A stretch of 64,000 nucleotides of DNA from Burkholderiales bacterium (GCA_050250695.1 JBFWOE010000003.1:4726-68725); one strand, 5' to 3'. Numbered from the stretch's first letter, positions 37,595-49,955 are shown. Notes: generated from the sequence alone by a model not told the origin. Numbers and translations: made by a program.

Positions 37595-38208
37595 GGCACG
37601 ATGATGCCGTGGCTGCGCAGCAGCTCAGCGGTTTCCGCAAGGGGCAAACCCATGATACCGGAATAACTTCCGTCGATTCTGGTGATGAACGACGCTGCCC
37701 GGCCCTGCACGGCATAGGCGCCTGCCTTGTCGGTCGACTCTCCGGTTGCGACATAACGGCGGATTTCGTCCGCTGCCAGTGCGCGGAACCAGACCGTGGA
37801 TGCCGACAGCCGGGTATCGACCGCATCGCCGCGGGCGACGGCCACCGCGGTCAGCACGCGATGGTTGCGGCCTGCCAGCATCGCCAGCATGCGTACTGCA
37901 TCGGCCGCGTCGGATGGTTTGCCGAGGATTGCATCGTCACAGATGACGGCCGTGTCCGCCGCCAGCACCGTGTGCGCGGCCAGGCGGCGCGCACGCACCA
38001 CGCCTGCCGCCGCCAGAGCCTTCTCGCGGCTGACGCGCAGCACATATTCATCAGGCACTTCGCCGGCACGGGGCGTTTCGTCCACGTCAATCCGGCGCTG
38101 CCCGGCTTCTCGCAGCAGAATGACCTCGAACGCGACCCCGATCTGGCGCAGCAGTTCGCGACGGCGCGGGCTGCGCGAGGCCAGGTAAACGGGCGTGGAT
38201 TGTGTCAT
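37591..38208 (-). CDS. maf: Maf-like nucleoside triphosphate pyrophosphatase
   Basis: '[18 protein letters not shown]' and '[10 protein letters not shown]' match Maf. I trimmed the start to the ATG at 38208, which overlaps the rlmH stop as ATGA. Confidence 0.88.
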   Translation of the reverse strand: MTQSTPVYLASRSPRRRELLRQIGVAFEVILLREAGQRRIDVDETPRAGEVPDEYVLRVSREKALAAAGVVRARRLAAHTVLAADTAVICDDAILGKPSDAADAVRMLAMLAGRNHRVLTAVAVARGDAVDTRLSASTVWFRALAADEIRRYVATGESTDKAGAYAVQGRAASFITRIDGSYSGIMGLPLAETAELLRSHGIIVP

Positions 38209-38675
38209 TCGCGGTGATAGGGATGGTTGGCGAGTATCGAGGCCGCCCGGTACAGCTGCTCCGCCAGCAGCACGCGCACCAGCCCGTGCGGCAGCGTCAG
38301 CGGCGACAGCGACCACAGCAGGTCCGCGCCGGATTTGAGCCCGGCATCGAGTCCGTCAGCGCCGCCGATCACGAATGCGACATCCCTGCCTTCGTTGCGC
38401 CAGCGCCCGAGGTGATCCGCGAGTTTACGCGTAGGGAAGCTGCGCCCGTGCTCGTCGAGCATCACGCAAAGTGCGTCGCGCGGCAGCGCAGCCCGTATGC
38501 GCTCCGCCTCGGCCTGCAGCCAGCGCGCGGTGTCCGCGGAAGCGCTGCGAGCCGCAGGTTTCAATTCCTTCAGCTGCAGCGGCATCTCCCGCGGCATGCG
38601 TTTTGCGTACTCACCGAAAGCTGCCGTAACCCACTCCGGCATGCGATTCCCGACCGCGAGCACCAGCAGCTTCAC
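38205..38675 (-). CDS. rlmH: 23S rRNA (pseudouridine1915-N3)-methyltransferase RlmH
   Basis: '[16 protein letters not shown]', 'FVIGGADGL' and '[22 protein letters not shown]' match RlmH. The GTG start at 38675 overlaps the rsfS stop. Confidence 0.88.
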   Translation of the reverse strand: MKLLVLAVGNRMPEWVTAAFGEYAKRMPREMPLQLKELKPAARSASADTARWLQAEAERIRAALPRDALCVMLDEHGRSFPTRKLADHLGRWRNEGRDVAFVIGGADGLDAGLKSGADLLWSLSPLTLPHGLVRVLLAEQLYRAASILANHPYHRE

Positions 38676-39070
38676 CTGGCGGCGCGACGGCCTGCGGGCT
38701 TGGACGCTGTGGTCTTGCGCGCTGCTGTTTTGCGGGGAGCAGAGCGCTGGGGCGAGCCCCAGATTTCCTCGAGGTTGTAATACTGGCGTATCGCCGGCTG
38801 CATGACATGGACTATGACCGCACCGAGATCCACCAGCACCCATTCACCGGTCTGTTCGCCTTCGCTGCCGAATACCCTGCCGCCGGCCTTCTTCACTTCC
38901 TCGCAGACATTGTTGGCCAGTGCGCGCACCTGGCGGTTGGAATCGCCGCTGACGATGATGACCTTGTCGAACAATGCGGTCATCTTGCGGACGTTGAATA
39001 CGACGATGTCGCGGCCCTTGATGTCTTCCAGCGCAGTCACGGCTGTTTTTGCGAGTTTTTCAGGTCCCAT
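38672..39070 (-). CDS. rsfS: ribosome silencing factor RsfS with basic C-terminal tail
   Basis: 'ALEDIKGRDIVVFNV', 'DKVIIVSGDSNRQVRAL', 'EWVLVDLGAVIVHVM' and 'REYYNLE'-like 'RQYYNLEEIWG' match RsfS. An extra '[27 protein letters not shown]' follows. Confidence 0.9.
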   Translation of the reverse strand: MGPEKLAKTAVTALEDIKGRDIVVFNVRKMTALFDKVIIVSGDSNRQVRALANNVCEEVKKAGGRVFGSEGEQTGEWVLVDLGAVIVHVMQPAIRQYYNLEEIWGSPQRSAPRKTAARKTTASKPAGRRAAR

Positions 39071-39726
39071 TAATGTCCAGTATATATCTCGTGTTCCTGC
39101 ATATATTGATAAATGCTGTCGGGCAGCAGGTAGCGGCTGTTGCGGCCGCGGCGCGTAGCCTCCCTGATCATGGTCGCCGAGATGTCCAGGGCCGCTATCG
39201 GCACGACGACGATGCCGCCGGCCGGGGCGACATGGACCGAAAACGGCTGGTGCATCAGGCGCGCGTTGTATTCCGCCGCCAGCGGCTGCGGCATCCGCGA
39301 CTGCCAGGTATCGACCGGGAATCCCGGGCGATAGGCAACCGCGATGTGCGCGAGTTCGAACAGCTGGTGCCAGCGGCTCCAGGTGGCGAGGTCCAGGAAC
39401 GCATCGGCTCCCAGCAGCAAAACCAGCGATTGCGCTGTGCCCACCTCGGAACGCAGCGCGGTGAGGGTATCGACCGTGTAAGCCGGTGCCTCGCTCATCG
39501 TCTCGCGTGCGTCCACCGTAAACAGCGCGTTCCCGGCGACCGCCAGCCGCACCATGGCCAGCCGATGTGCGGCGCTGGCCACCGGCGCGGCGCGATGCGG
39601 TGGCGTGCCGCCGGGTATGAAGCGCACCTCGGCCAGCCGCAATTGGTCGGCGACTTCCTGCGCGAGGCGCAAATGCCCGAAATGGATGGGGTCGAACGTG
39701 CCGCCCAGGATGCCGATCGGGGACAT
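39070..39726 (-). CDS. nadD: nicotinate-nucleotide adenylyltransferase
   Basis: 'IGILGGTFDPIHFGHL' and 'ISATMIRE' match NadD. It is upstream of rsfS with a 1-nt stop/start overlap. Confidence 0.9.
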   Translation of the reverse strand: MSPIGILGGTFDPIHFGHLRLAQEVADQLRLAEVRFIPGGTPPHRAAPVASAAHRLAMVRLAVAGNALFTVDARETMSEAPAYTVDTLTALRSEVGTAQSLVLLLGADAFLDLATWSRWHQLFELAHIAVAYRPGFPVDTWQSRMPQPLAAEYNARLMHQPFSVHVAPAGGIVVVPIAALDISATMIREATRRGRNSRYLLPDSIYQYMQEHEIYTGH

Positions 39727-39788
39727 CAGTGGACGGATTGCGTGGACAGGACGGTGTTCAGGTGCTGATCGCTTTGCTGTTGACCGGG

Positions 39789-41096
39789 CTACAGCACCAG
39801 CCGGCGGATGTCGGACAACACGGTCGCCAGGAATGCGCTGAACCGCGCACCCAGCGCACCGTCGATGACGCGATGGTCATACGACAGGGACAGGGGCAGC
39901 ATCAGCCGGGGCGCGAACTCCCTGCCGTTCCATACCGGTTTCATCACTGCCTTGCCGACGCCCAGTATGGCCACTTCCGGCGCGTTGATGATCGGCGTGA
40001 AGAACGTGCCGCCGATGCCGCCGAGGCTGGAAATCGAGAAACAGCCGCCCTGCAGATCGGCCGGTGAAATCTTGCCCGTACGCATGCGCGCACTGACTTC
40101 GCCCAGCTCCTTCGCGATCTCCAGCAGCCCTTTTTTGTCGACATCGCGGATCACCGGCACCACCAGTCCGTTCTGCGTGTCTACCGCGACGCCGATGTGA
40201 TAGTAGTTTTTCAGGATCAGGCTCTCGCCGTCGGCGGACAGGGAGGCGTTGAACTCCGGAAACTGTTTCAGCGCCACGACCACGGCCTTCATCAGGAAGC
40301 CGAGCATCGTGAACTTGATGCCGCTCTTTTTGGCTTCGTCGGCCTGCGCCTTGCGGAAAGCCTCGAGCTCGGTAATGTCGGCCTCTTCCTGCTGCGTGAT
40401 GTGGGGAATGCTCACCCAGTTGCGGTGCAGGAATCCGCCCGAGAGTTTCTTGATGCGCGACAGCGGCTGCGCGGTAACCGGGCCGAATTTGGCGTAGTCC
40501 ACCGGCTGCATGGGCGGCAGATTGAACCCGAGTGCACCGCCGCCCGCCTCGCCACGGGGACGCGACAGTTCACCCTTGACATAACCCTGCACGTCTTCCA
40601 GCAGTATGCGGTCCTTGGGACCGGTGCCCCTGACCCGCGACAGGTCCACGCCCAGTTCGCGCGCAAACCGCCGCACCGAAGGACTGGCGTGGGATTTGCC
40701 GAAGCCCTCTTCATTGATGGCTGCAGTGGACGCTGCAGCCGGTACGGGCGCCGGGGCCGGCTTTGCCGCCGCCGGTTGCGGTGGGGATTTGGCCGGCTGC
40801 GCTGCTGCGGCTGGCGCCGCCGCAGGTGCGGTGGCCTTAGCCGGTGCTTCGCTGCCGGCCGCATCCAGCGTCAGCACCAGTACGCCTTCCGAGACCTTGT
40901 CGCCGACCTTGAGCCTGACTTCCCTGACTGTGCCTGCGGCCGGCGACGGCACATCCATCGTCGCCTTGTCGGATTCCAGCGTAACCAGCGGATCCTCGGC
41001 CTTGACGGCATCGCCCGGCTTGACCAGCACCTCGATCACCGGAATGTTCTTGAACTCGCCGATGTCCGGCACCTTGACTTCGATTGCATTTGCCAT
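39789..41096 (-). CDS. aceF: pyruvate dehydrogenase E2, dihydrolipoyllysine-residue acetyltransferase (single lipoyl domain)
   Basis: It has the lipoyl site 'LESDKATMDVPS', an Ala/Pro linker, the subunit-binding 'ASPSVRRFARELGVDLSRVRGTGPKDRI' and the catalytic 'SLSYDHRVIDGA'. Confidence 0.92.
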   Translation of the reverse strand: MANAIEVKVPDIGEFKNIPVIEVLVKPGDAVKAEDPLVTLESDKATMDVPSPAAGTVREVRLKVGDKVSEGVLVLTLDAAGSEAPAKATAPAAAPAAAAQPAKSPPQPAAAKPAPAPVPAAASTAAINEEGFGKSHASPSVRRFARELGVDLSRVRGTGPKDRILLEDVQGYVKGELSRPRGEAGGGALGFNLPPMQPVDYAKFGPVTAQPLSRIKKLSGGFLHRNWVSIPHITQQEEADITELEAFRKAQADEAKKSGIKFTMLGFLMKAVVVALKQFPEFNASLSADGESLILKNYYHIGVAVDTQNGLVVPVIRDVDKKGLLEIAKELGEVSARMRTGKISPADLQGGCFSISSLGGIGGTFFTPIINAPEVAILGVGKAVMKPVWNGREFAPRLMLPLSLSYDHRVIDGALGARFSAFLATVLSDIRRLVL

Positions 41097-41109
41097 TTTC
41101 GTGTGCCGC

Positions 41110-43788
<2,679 letters not shown>

Positions 43789-43941
43789 TACCTTTTTGGG
43801 GCAGTTTTTCTCACGACAATTCCGGCACTTATGGTGCCTGATCCGCAGCCGCGATGGGGTGAGTAATTATAACGTCTGCATTAAACATCGGCGCATTTGC
43901 TGCCGCACCGCAACATCGGGAAGATCACATTCGGTCCAGGA

Positions 43942-44727
43942 CTAGCGCCCGGAAAATCGCGGTGCGCGCTTGTCTAGAAACGCGCGCATGCCTTCCTCCC
44001 GATCAGCGGTCGCAAAAGACTGCGCAAATGCGCCGGTTTCATGGCCACAAGCATCAACCAAAGGCCTGTCCTGCCCGCCATGCACCGCCTGCTTCGCCAG
44101 CCTCACTGCAAGCGGTGCCTTGGCCGCGATCGTCCGCGCAGTCTCGAGGCCTGTTGTAAGCAATATGTCTGCGGGAACCACCTGGCTGACCAAACCGATC
44201 GCCAGAGCCTCGGCGGCCTTGATCTGGCGACCCGTGGTCACCAGTTCCAGGGCGCGCGCACGACCGACCAGGCGGGCCAGGCGCTGGGTGCCGCCGAAGC
44301 CGGGGGGTATGCCCAGATTGACTTCCGGCTGGCCGAAGACCGCGCGTTCCGAAGCGATGATCCAGTCGCAGGCCATGGCCAGTTCACATCCGCCGCCCAA
44401 TGCATAACCGTTTACCAGCGCGATCACCGGGACCTGGAGCGCTTCCAGGCCATGCATCACCCGCATGCCGAGCTCCGAGAATTCACGTGCCTGCTCAACG
44501 GACAGCGGCAGCATTGCACTGATATCGGCCCCTGCTATAAACGCCTTTTCCCCGGCACCGGTGATCAGCAGCACCCGGGCCGCCGCATCCGCAGCGACCT
44601 GTTCAGTCGCCTGCGCGAGCTCCGCCAGCGTCTCGGCATTCAGCGCATTCAGCGCCTGGGGACGGTTGACGGTCAGCAGATGGATACCAGGCCCGGGTTG
44701 TTCCAGAAAGATGTTGTGATATGTCAT
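43942..44727 (-). CDS. enoyl-CoA hydratase/isomerase (crotonase) family protein
   Basis: 'LTVNRPQALNALN', 'ITGAGEKAFIAGADI' and 'GYALGGGCELAMACD' match the family. Confidence 0.88.
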   Translation of the reverse strand: MTYHNIFLEQPGPGIHLLTVNRPQALNALNAETLAELAQATEQVAADAAARVLLITGAGEKAFIAGADISAMLPLSVEQAREFSELGMRVMHGLEALQVPVIALVNGYALGGGCELAMACDWIIASERAVFGQPEVNLGIPPGFGGTQRLARLVGRARALELVTTGRQIKAAEALAIGLVSQVVPADILLTTGLETARTIAAKAPLAVRLAKQAVHGGQDRPLVDACGHETGAFAQSFATADREEGMRAFLDKRAPRFSGR

Positions 44728-44905
44728 AAAAATTATCGCCCTGACGCTCCAGTATCCCTATTTCATTGCCTGGAATCGCGGTCTCATCAAATCCCGGAGC
44801 CTCTGCCCAATCCGGAACTTGGCAGATGATATATGCCGCATGCTAGCATCATCCTGGCGCATCGCCCCATAATGCGGGTTTGGTCGTAACGGAGGGTTCA
44901 CGTCG

Positions 44906-45811
44906 ATGAAATACGTCGGGTACATCCTGCTTTCGGTGGCTTGCGCGTGCAGCAGCATCGTACACGCTGCTTACGTCTACAACGCGGGAGCCCTGTCTCC
45001 GGGCGACACGCTGCTGTTCCTTGATTCCACCGGCAACGGTGGAGATACCAACTCGTTTGACGCGGTGCTTCGTGAGGGCACCAGCAAGGTGGGCGTAATC
45101 CTGTTGCACGGCCGCGGCGAACGTACGAGTGATGGTCACGTCATCCTGCCCCTGCGGCTGGACCTGCACACCAAGGGATACACGACACTGTCCATCGACA
45201 CCCCGCTGCCGGATCCGGTAATTAATGCCAATCCGGCCAACTACAGCAACTTTCAGGCCGATGCGGCCCTCGGCGGCACCAATTACGTGTTCCCGGAACT
45301 GTATTCTCGTGTGCAGGCCGCGACCGACGAACTGCAGTCCCGCGGCATCGAGCGGGCTGTTCTCGTCGGCTTCAGCATGGGTTCACGGCTGGGCAGCGCC
45401 TACATGAGTTTTGGCGCAGCGGGATCGATACCGATAGTCGGTTTCATCGGCGTCGGCATGGCGAGCGACAATATGGCCAGCCTGCTGGATACACCGACAT
45501 CGCTGGCCGGGATTTCCGTCCCGGTGCTGGATCTTTACGGCTCCCTCGACAATTTCACCGTGCTCAACAGCGCGGCCAATCGCGCGGCCGCGTATGCCGG
45601 GCCATCCTATACGCAGATCGAGCAGGCCGGCACCGAGCATCAATGGGTCGACTACGAACCCCAGCTCATCAGTCACGTTGACCGCTGGATGAACGTCTAC
45701 GCACCCGTTCCTGAACCGGAAACCTACGCGATGCTGATGCTGGGTCTTGCGTTGGTCGGGTGGGCGAAGCGGCGCACAGCCGGTTCTGGCGTCACGCAAC
45801 TCGCCCCCTGA
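44906..45811 (+). CDS. secreted alpha/beta hydrolase with C-terminal PEP-CTERM sorting signal
   Basis: It has the signal peptide 'MKYVGYILLSVACACSSIVHA' and the nucleophile elbow 'GFSMGS'. The C-terminal 'VPEPETYAMLMLGLALVGWAKRR' gives the PEP motif, a TM helix and a basic cluster. Confidence 0.75.
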   Translation: MKYVGYILLSVACACSSIVHAAYVYNAGALSPGDTLLFLDSTGNGGDTNSFDAVLREGTSKVGVILLHGRGERTSDGHVILPLRLDLHTKGYTTLSIDTPLPDPVINANPANYSNFQADAALGGTNYVFPELYSRVQAATDELQSRGIERAVLVGFSMGSRLGSAYMSFGAAGSIPIVGFIGVGMASDNMASLLDTPTSLAGISVPVLDLYGSLDNFTVLNSAANRAAAYAGPSYTQIEQAGTEHQWVDYEPQLISHVDRWMNVYAPVPEPETYAMLMLGLALVGWAKRRTAGSGVTQLAP

Positions 45812-45863
45812 ATTTCAGCGGGGCACGGCGGGATTCGCTGCCGCGGTCGCCCGGGACACGGGG

Positions 45864-47681
45864 TTACTCCGGTTGCCCCGCGTTGTGAGTGGCATTTTCG
45901 AGGTGCACCCGAACGTACGACCCCGGTGCATCTTCGATGGGACTGAACTTGCCCTTGCCGGGGATGCGTGCGGCAACCTTCGGGCCTGCATGGCGCGCAA
46001 CCCATGTTCCCCAGTCGGTCCACCAGGATCCCGGGTGCTGAACCGCCTCCTTCTGCCATTGTTCGGGATTTTCCGCCAGTTTTTCGTTGGTCCAGTAACA
46101 ATACTTGCCGGCCTCCGGCGGATTGATGATGCCGGCAATGTGGCCGGAACCCCCCAGAACGAAACGCACCGGGCCGCGCAGCAGGCGCGCGCCCGCGTAG
46201 GTCGATTGCCAGGGGGCGATATGGTCTTCGGCTGTTGAAATGAAATAGGCCGGTGTTTTCACCTTGCTGACGTCGATGGGCACGCCCGCCAGGATGATCC
46301 CGCCAGGTTCGCGCAACAGGTTTTTCAGGTACATGTTGCGCAGGTAGAAGCTGTGCATGGACGCGGGCATCCGCGTGGAGTCCCCGTTCCAGTACAGCAG
46401 ATCGAACGGGAAAGGATCGCGCCCCAGCAGGTAGTTGTTGACCACGAATGACCAGATCAGGTCATTGGCACGCAGCATGTTGAACGTCGTCGCCATCTCC
46501 GAGCCTTCAAGATAGCCCCTCGCCTCCATTTTTTTCTCGAGCGCTTCCACCTGCTGTTCATCGATGAACACCTCGAGTTCACCCGGACGTTCGAAGTCGA
46601 TCATTGTCACGAAGAAGGTCGCGCTGCGAACCCGGTCCTGTCGTTTCGCTGCCAGCCACGCCAGCGTGCACGCCAGCAAGGTTCCGCCCAGGCAGTAACC
46701 AATGACGTTTGCCTGAGCCGATCCGGTTATGTCGCGCACCACGTCAAGCGCGGCCAGCGAACCGTCGGTCAGGTAATCGTCAAAAGTCTTGTGAGATAGG
46801 GTCTCGTCCGGATTCACCCACGAAATGACGAATACGGTATGTCCCTGTTCCACGGCCCAGCGCACAAAAGAGTTCTTCTCACGCAAGTCGAGGATGTAGA
46901 ACTTGTTGATCCAGGGTGGAATGATCAGCAGCGGGGTGGCGTGCACCTTATTAGTCAACGGCTCGTACTGGATCAGCTGCATGATGTCGTTCTGGTACAC
47001 CACCTTGCCCCTGGTGGTTGCGATGTTTCCGCCAAGCTTGAACGCGCTGGTATCAGTCATCCGCACACGCAACTGCGCACCGTTGCCGCGGGTCAGGTCT
47101 TCAAGCAGGTTGTTCAGCCCCTTGAGCAGGTTCATCCCGCCCGAGCTGACTGTCTCGCGCATCACTTCAGGATTGGTCAGCAGGAAATTGGATGGTGACA
47201 GCGCATCGATATACTGCCGTGTATAAAATTCCACCTTCTTTGCGGTCTTTTCATCCAGGCCCTCGATGCTGCCGAGGGATTCATGGAGGTGGCGGGCGGC
47301 GATCAGGTAGGACTGCTTGACGTAGTCATACAGGAAGTTGTTTTCCCAGTCGTCATGCTTGAACCGGCGGTCTGCCTGATGCGGTTGCGCCACCGGCGCA
47401 GTTTCCTGGCCCATCATTTTCAGCATTGAGGTCTGCCACAGGCTCATGTATTCCTGCCACAGCTTCATCTGCATCTCGGCAACGCGCAGCGGATCGGCGA
47501 ACATGCGGCCCCAGGCCTCGAAAAAAGCCTTGGCTATGCCCAGTTCGTCGCTGACACCCGGCAGACCGGAGCCGCGTGACATGTAACTGGTCAGCAGAGC
47601 AGCACTTTTTTCGGCGATTTCGGCATAAATTTTGGACAGCGACGGTGTCTCAGGGGCTGCTTTCTGGTGTTTCTCGGGCAT
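45864..47681 (-). CDS. phaC: class I poly(R)-hydroxyalkanoate synthase
   Basis: 605 aa. 'PLLIIPPWINKFYILDL' and the lipase box 'GYCLGG' are present. '...GGSGHIAGIINPP' gives the catalytic His region. Confidence 0.92.
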   Translation of the reverse strand: MPEKHQKAAPETPSLSKIYAEIAEKSAALLTSYMSRGSGLPGVSDELGIAKAFFEAWGRMFADPLRVAEMQMKLWQEYMSLWQTSMLKMMGQETAPVAQPHQADRRFKHDDWENNFLYDYVKQSYLIAARHLHESLGSIEGLDEKTAKKVEFYTRQYIDALSPSNFLLTNPEVMRETVSSGGMNLLKGLNNLLEDLTRGNGAQLRVRMTDTSAFKLGGNIATTRGKVVYQNDIMQLIQYEPLTNKVHATPLLIIPPWINKFYILDLREKNSFVRWAVEQGHTVFVISWVNPDETLSHKTFDDYLTDGSLAALDVVRDITGSAQANVIGYCLGGTLLACTLAWLAAKRQDRVRSATFFVTMIDFERPGELEVFIDEQQVEALEKKMEARGYLEGSEMATTFNMLRANDLIWSFVVNNYLLGRDPFPFDLLYWNGDSTRMPASMHSFYLRNMYLKNLLREPGGIILAGVPIDVSKVKTPAYFISTAEDHIAPWQSTYAGARLLRGPVRFVLGGSGHIAGIINPPEAGKYCYWTNEKLAENPEQWQKEAVQHPGSWWTDWGTWVARHAGPKVAARIPGKGKFSPIEDAPGSYVRVHLENATHNAGQPE

Positions 47682-47716
47682 TGTTTTCTGGATTTCAGGA
47701 AATTATTAAATATTGA

Positions 47717-47728
47717 CGTTTACGTAAG
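47717..47728. promoter_or_regulatory. candidate MerR/LiuR-type operator, copy 1 (phaC / merR-like divergent region)
   Basis: The sequence is tgaCGTTTACGTAAGgg. It shares ACGTTTACGTAA with the perfect palindrome at 48195-48208 and lies 51-62 nt upstream of the regulator ATG. Confidence 0.5.
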
Positions 47729-47778
47729 GGAAATGTTATTTTTCCATCGCATATTACCTGCGGTTGCTGCGGAGCACA

Positions 47779-48177
47779 ATGAGCAAAACCTATACGATCA
47801 GCGATCTGGCGCAGGAATTCGGTGTCACTACGCGTACCTTGCGCCACTATGAAGACCAGGGACTAATCACTCCGCAAAGGGATGGCATCAACCGCATTTA
47901 CAGCCACCGTGACCGGGTCAGGCTGAAACTCGCCCTGCGCGGCAAGCGCTTGGGATTCTCCCTCAGCGAAATCCGTGAACTGTTCGAATTATACGACCTG
48001 GCCAACGATGAGCGACGGCAGCTGGAAGAATTTGCGGTCAAGCTCGAGCGGCACCGCTCACAACTGATCCAGCAACGTGAGGATGTAGAAGTCATGCTCA
48101 ATGAAATCAATTTTTTCGCCAATCAGTGCCAGCGACTTCTGAACGAGTCTGAGCCGGCCAAAACGCAGGAGCGGTAG
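47779..48177 (+). CDS. MerR-family transcriptional regulator (LiuR-like by context)
   Basis: 'YTISDLAQEFGVTTRTLRHYEDQGLI' is a MerR HTH, followed by a coiled-coil dimerisation helix. It lies upstream of leucine-catabolism-type genes. Confidence 0.85.
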   Translation: MSKTYTISDLAQEFGVTTRTLRHYEDQGLITPQRDGINRIYSHRDRVRLKLALRGKRLGFSLSEIRELFELYDLANDERRQLEEFAVKLERHRSQLIQQREDVEVMLNEINFFANQCQRLLNESEPAKTQER

Positions 48178-48194
48178 CGTTGCAACATTCATTA

Positions 48195-48208
48195 CGTTTA
48201 CGTAAACG
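48195..48208. promoter_or_regulatory. candidate MerR/LiuR-type operator, copy 2 (perfect 14-bp palindrome)
   Basis: CGTTTACGTAAACG equals its own reverse complement. It lies between the regulator stop and the next gene. Confidence 0.55.
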
Positions 48209-48309
48209 ATGTAATTTAGTCATTGAAATCATTCCTTTACATATCGTGAGCCCGGTGCCCACGGGGTATTCCACGGTGATCTGACGCCTGTACTGACGGG
48301 AAAGCGCGC

Positions 48310-48912
48310 ATGAACGCTCCTCTGGATTTCTACTTCGACTTTTCATCACCCTATGGCTATTTCGCGGCGACACAGATCGATGCTCTTGCGGAGAAACATG
48401 AACGCGCCACAATTTGGCGGCCGATACTGCTCGGCGCCGTGTTCAAGATCACGGGCCAGCAGCCATTGACCACGATCCCGATCAAGGGCAGTTATACGCA
48501 GCATGACCTGGCCCGGTCGGCGCGGCTGTTCGGCGTTCCCTTCAAAATGCCTTCCAGGTTCCCGGTTTCCTCGACGTCACCCTGTCGCGCCTATTACTGG
48601 CTGCACGAACGCGATCCGGTTGCCGCCAAAACGCTGGCTCAGGCGCTGTACCGCGCTTATTTTGCCGAGGACCGCGACATTTCCAACCCGGAAATCACAG
48701 CCAACATCGCTGCCAAACTCGGCCATGACCGGGAAACCGTCATGCATGCAATCAACGATCCGGCAGTCAAGGAGCGCCTTAGATCCGAGGTTGATGCCGC
48801 GATCGAACGCGGGGTCTTCGGCTCGCCGTACGTCATCGTCGACGGTGAACCTTTCTGGGGTTCGGACCGCCTCGGCCAGATCGAACAATGGCTGACAAAA
48901 GGTGGCTGGTGA
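48310..48912 (+). CDS. 2-hydroxychromene-2-carboxylate isomerase / DsbA-like thioredoxin-fold protein
   Basis: 'LDFYFDFSSPYGYFA' and 'GVFGSPYVIVDGEPFWGSDRL' match the family. Confidence 0.8.
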   Translation: MNAPLDFYFDFSSPYGYFAATQIDALAEKHERATIWRPILLGAVFKITGQQPLTTIPIKGSYTQHDLARSARLFGVPFKMPSRFPVSSTSPCRAYYWLHERDPVAAKTLAQALYRAYFAEDRDISNPEITANIAAKLGHDRETVMHAINDPAVKERLRSEVDAAIERGVFGSPYVIVDGEPFWGSDRLGQIEQWLTKGGW

Positions 48913-49109
48913 TGGCTGCGGCGGATTCATGTCCCGGGCCGGGGCATGCCGCGGGCAATCGCCGACAGCGCCGTCATCCACACAATGGACCGGCACAGGG
49001 GGATCACGGGGAGTGATGCGTATAATTTGCCGGAGAAGCGCGTCTTCGCCCGATCCGGCCGGCACCGCACACAAGCCGGCATCCTGTCCCCGATTCATGG
49101 AAAACCATC

Positions 49110-49955
49110 ATGAGCAATGACATAGACAGTCCACGCGTACTGACCAGCATCGACGATCACGGCAATGCCGTCGTCACCCTCAACCGTCCGGAAGTACACA
49201 ACGCCTTCGATCCGGAAATGGTGCAGGCGCTGACAGCCACGCTGCGAAAAATCGCCAGGGATGAGGCCATCCGCGCTGTCGTGATCGCCGGGGCGGGCAA
49301 GAGCTTCTGCGCCGGCGCCGATATTGCGCACATGCGTCAAAGCGCGCGTTTCACCAGGGCGCAGAACCACAGGAATGCGGGCGAGTCGGCGCGCATGTTC
49401 CACGCACTGTATGCGCTGAACAAACCCACGGTTGCCGCAGTGCACGGCGCCGTCCGTGGCGGCGGCTGCGGCATCGTCGCCGCCTGCGACATCGCGATTG
49501 CCGCGCGTACGGCGACTTTCCGTCTGTCGGAAGTGAAAATCGGCGTGATCCCGGCAATGATCAGCCCGTACGTGATCGGCGCCATCGGCGAACGCCAGTC
49601 GCGCCGCTACATGCTCTCGGGCGAGGAGTTTGACGCTGCCGAAGCCTGGCGCATCGGGCTGGTGCATGACATCGTCGAGGAAGAAGAACTGTCTGCACGC
49701 GTCGGCGCCATGCTCGGACAGCTTTATTCCAGCGGACCGAAGGCCGTACACGCCATCAAGAAGCTGATTCCGAAAAGCGCGCACAGCCTGATCGGTCCGG
49801 GCATAGTCAATGCCACCGCACGCACCATCGCCGCGATACGTGCCACTCCCGAGGCGCAGGAAGGCTTGTCCGCCTTCCTCGAAAAACGCAAACCTTCGTG
49901 GACCGAACCGCACGCTAAAGGAAAGGCTGCAGCCGCCGGCCGCAGGAAACGCTGA
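49110..49955 (+). CDS. enoyl-CoA hydratase family, methylglutaconyl-CoA hydratase-like (by context)
   Basis: 'VTLNRPEVHNAF', 'IAGAGKSFCAGADI' and 'HGAVRGGGCGIVAACD' match the crotonase family. It lies next to the HMG-CoA lyase gene. Confidence 0.75.
   Translation: MSNDIDSPRVLTSIDDHGNAVVTLNRPEVHNAFDPEMVQALTATLRKIARDEAIRAVVIAGAGKSFCAGADIAHMRQSARFTRAQNHRNAGESARMFHALYALNKPTVAAVHGAVRGGGCGIVAACDIAIAARTATFRLSEVKIGVIPAMISPYVIGAIGERQSRRYMLSGEEFDAAEAWRIGLVHDIVEEEELSARVGAMLGQLYSSGPKAVHAIKKLIPKSAHSLIGPGIVNATARTIAAIRATPEAQEGLSAFLEKRKPSWTEPHAKGKAAAAGRRKR

Noticed and set aside
38205-38843. Long versions of rlmH (212 aa) and maf (241 aa, 37591-38316)
   Set aside because: The N-terminal extensions are Ala/Arg/Pro-rich and overlap the upstream genes. 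Family-typical N-termini ('VKLLVLAVG', '[10 protein letters not shown]') begin at the internal starts I chose.
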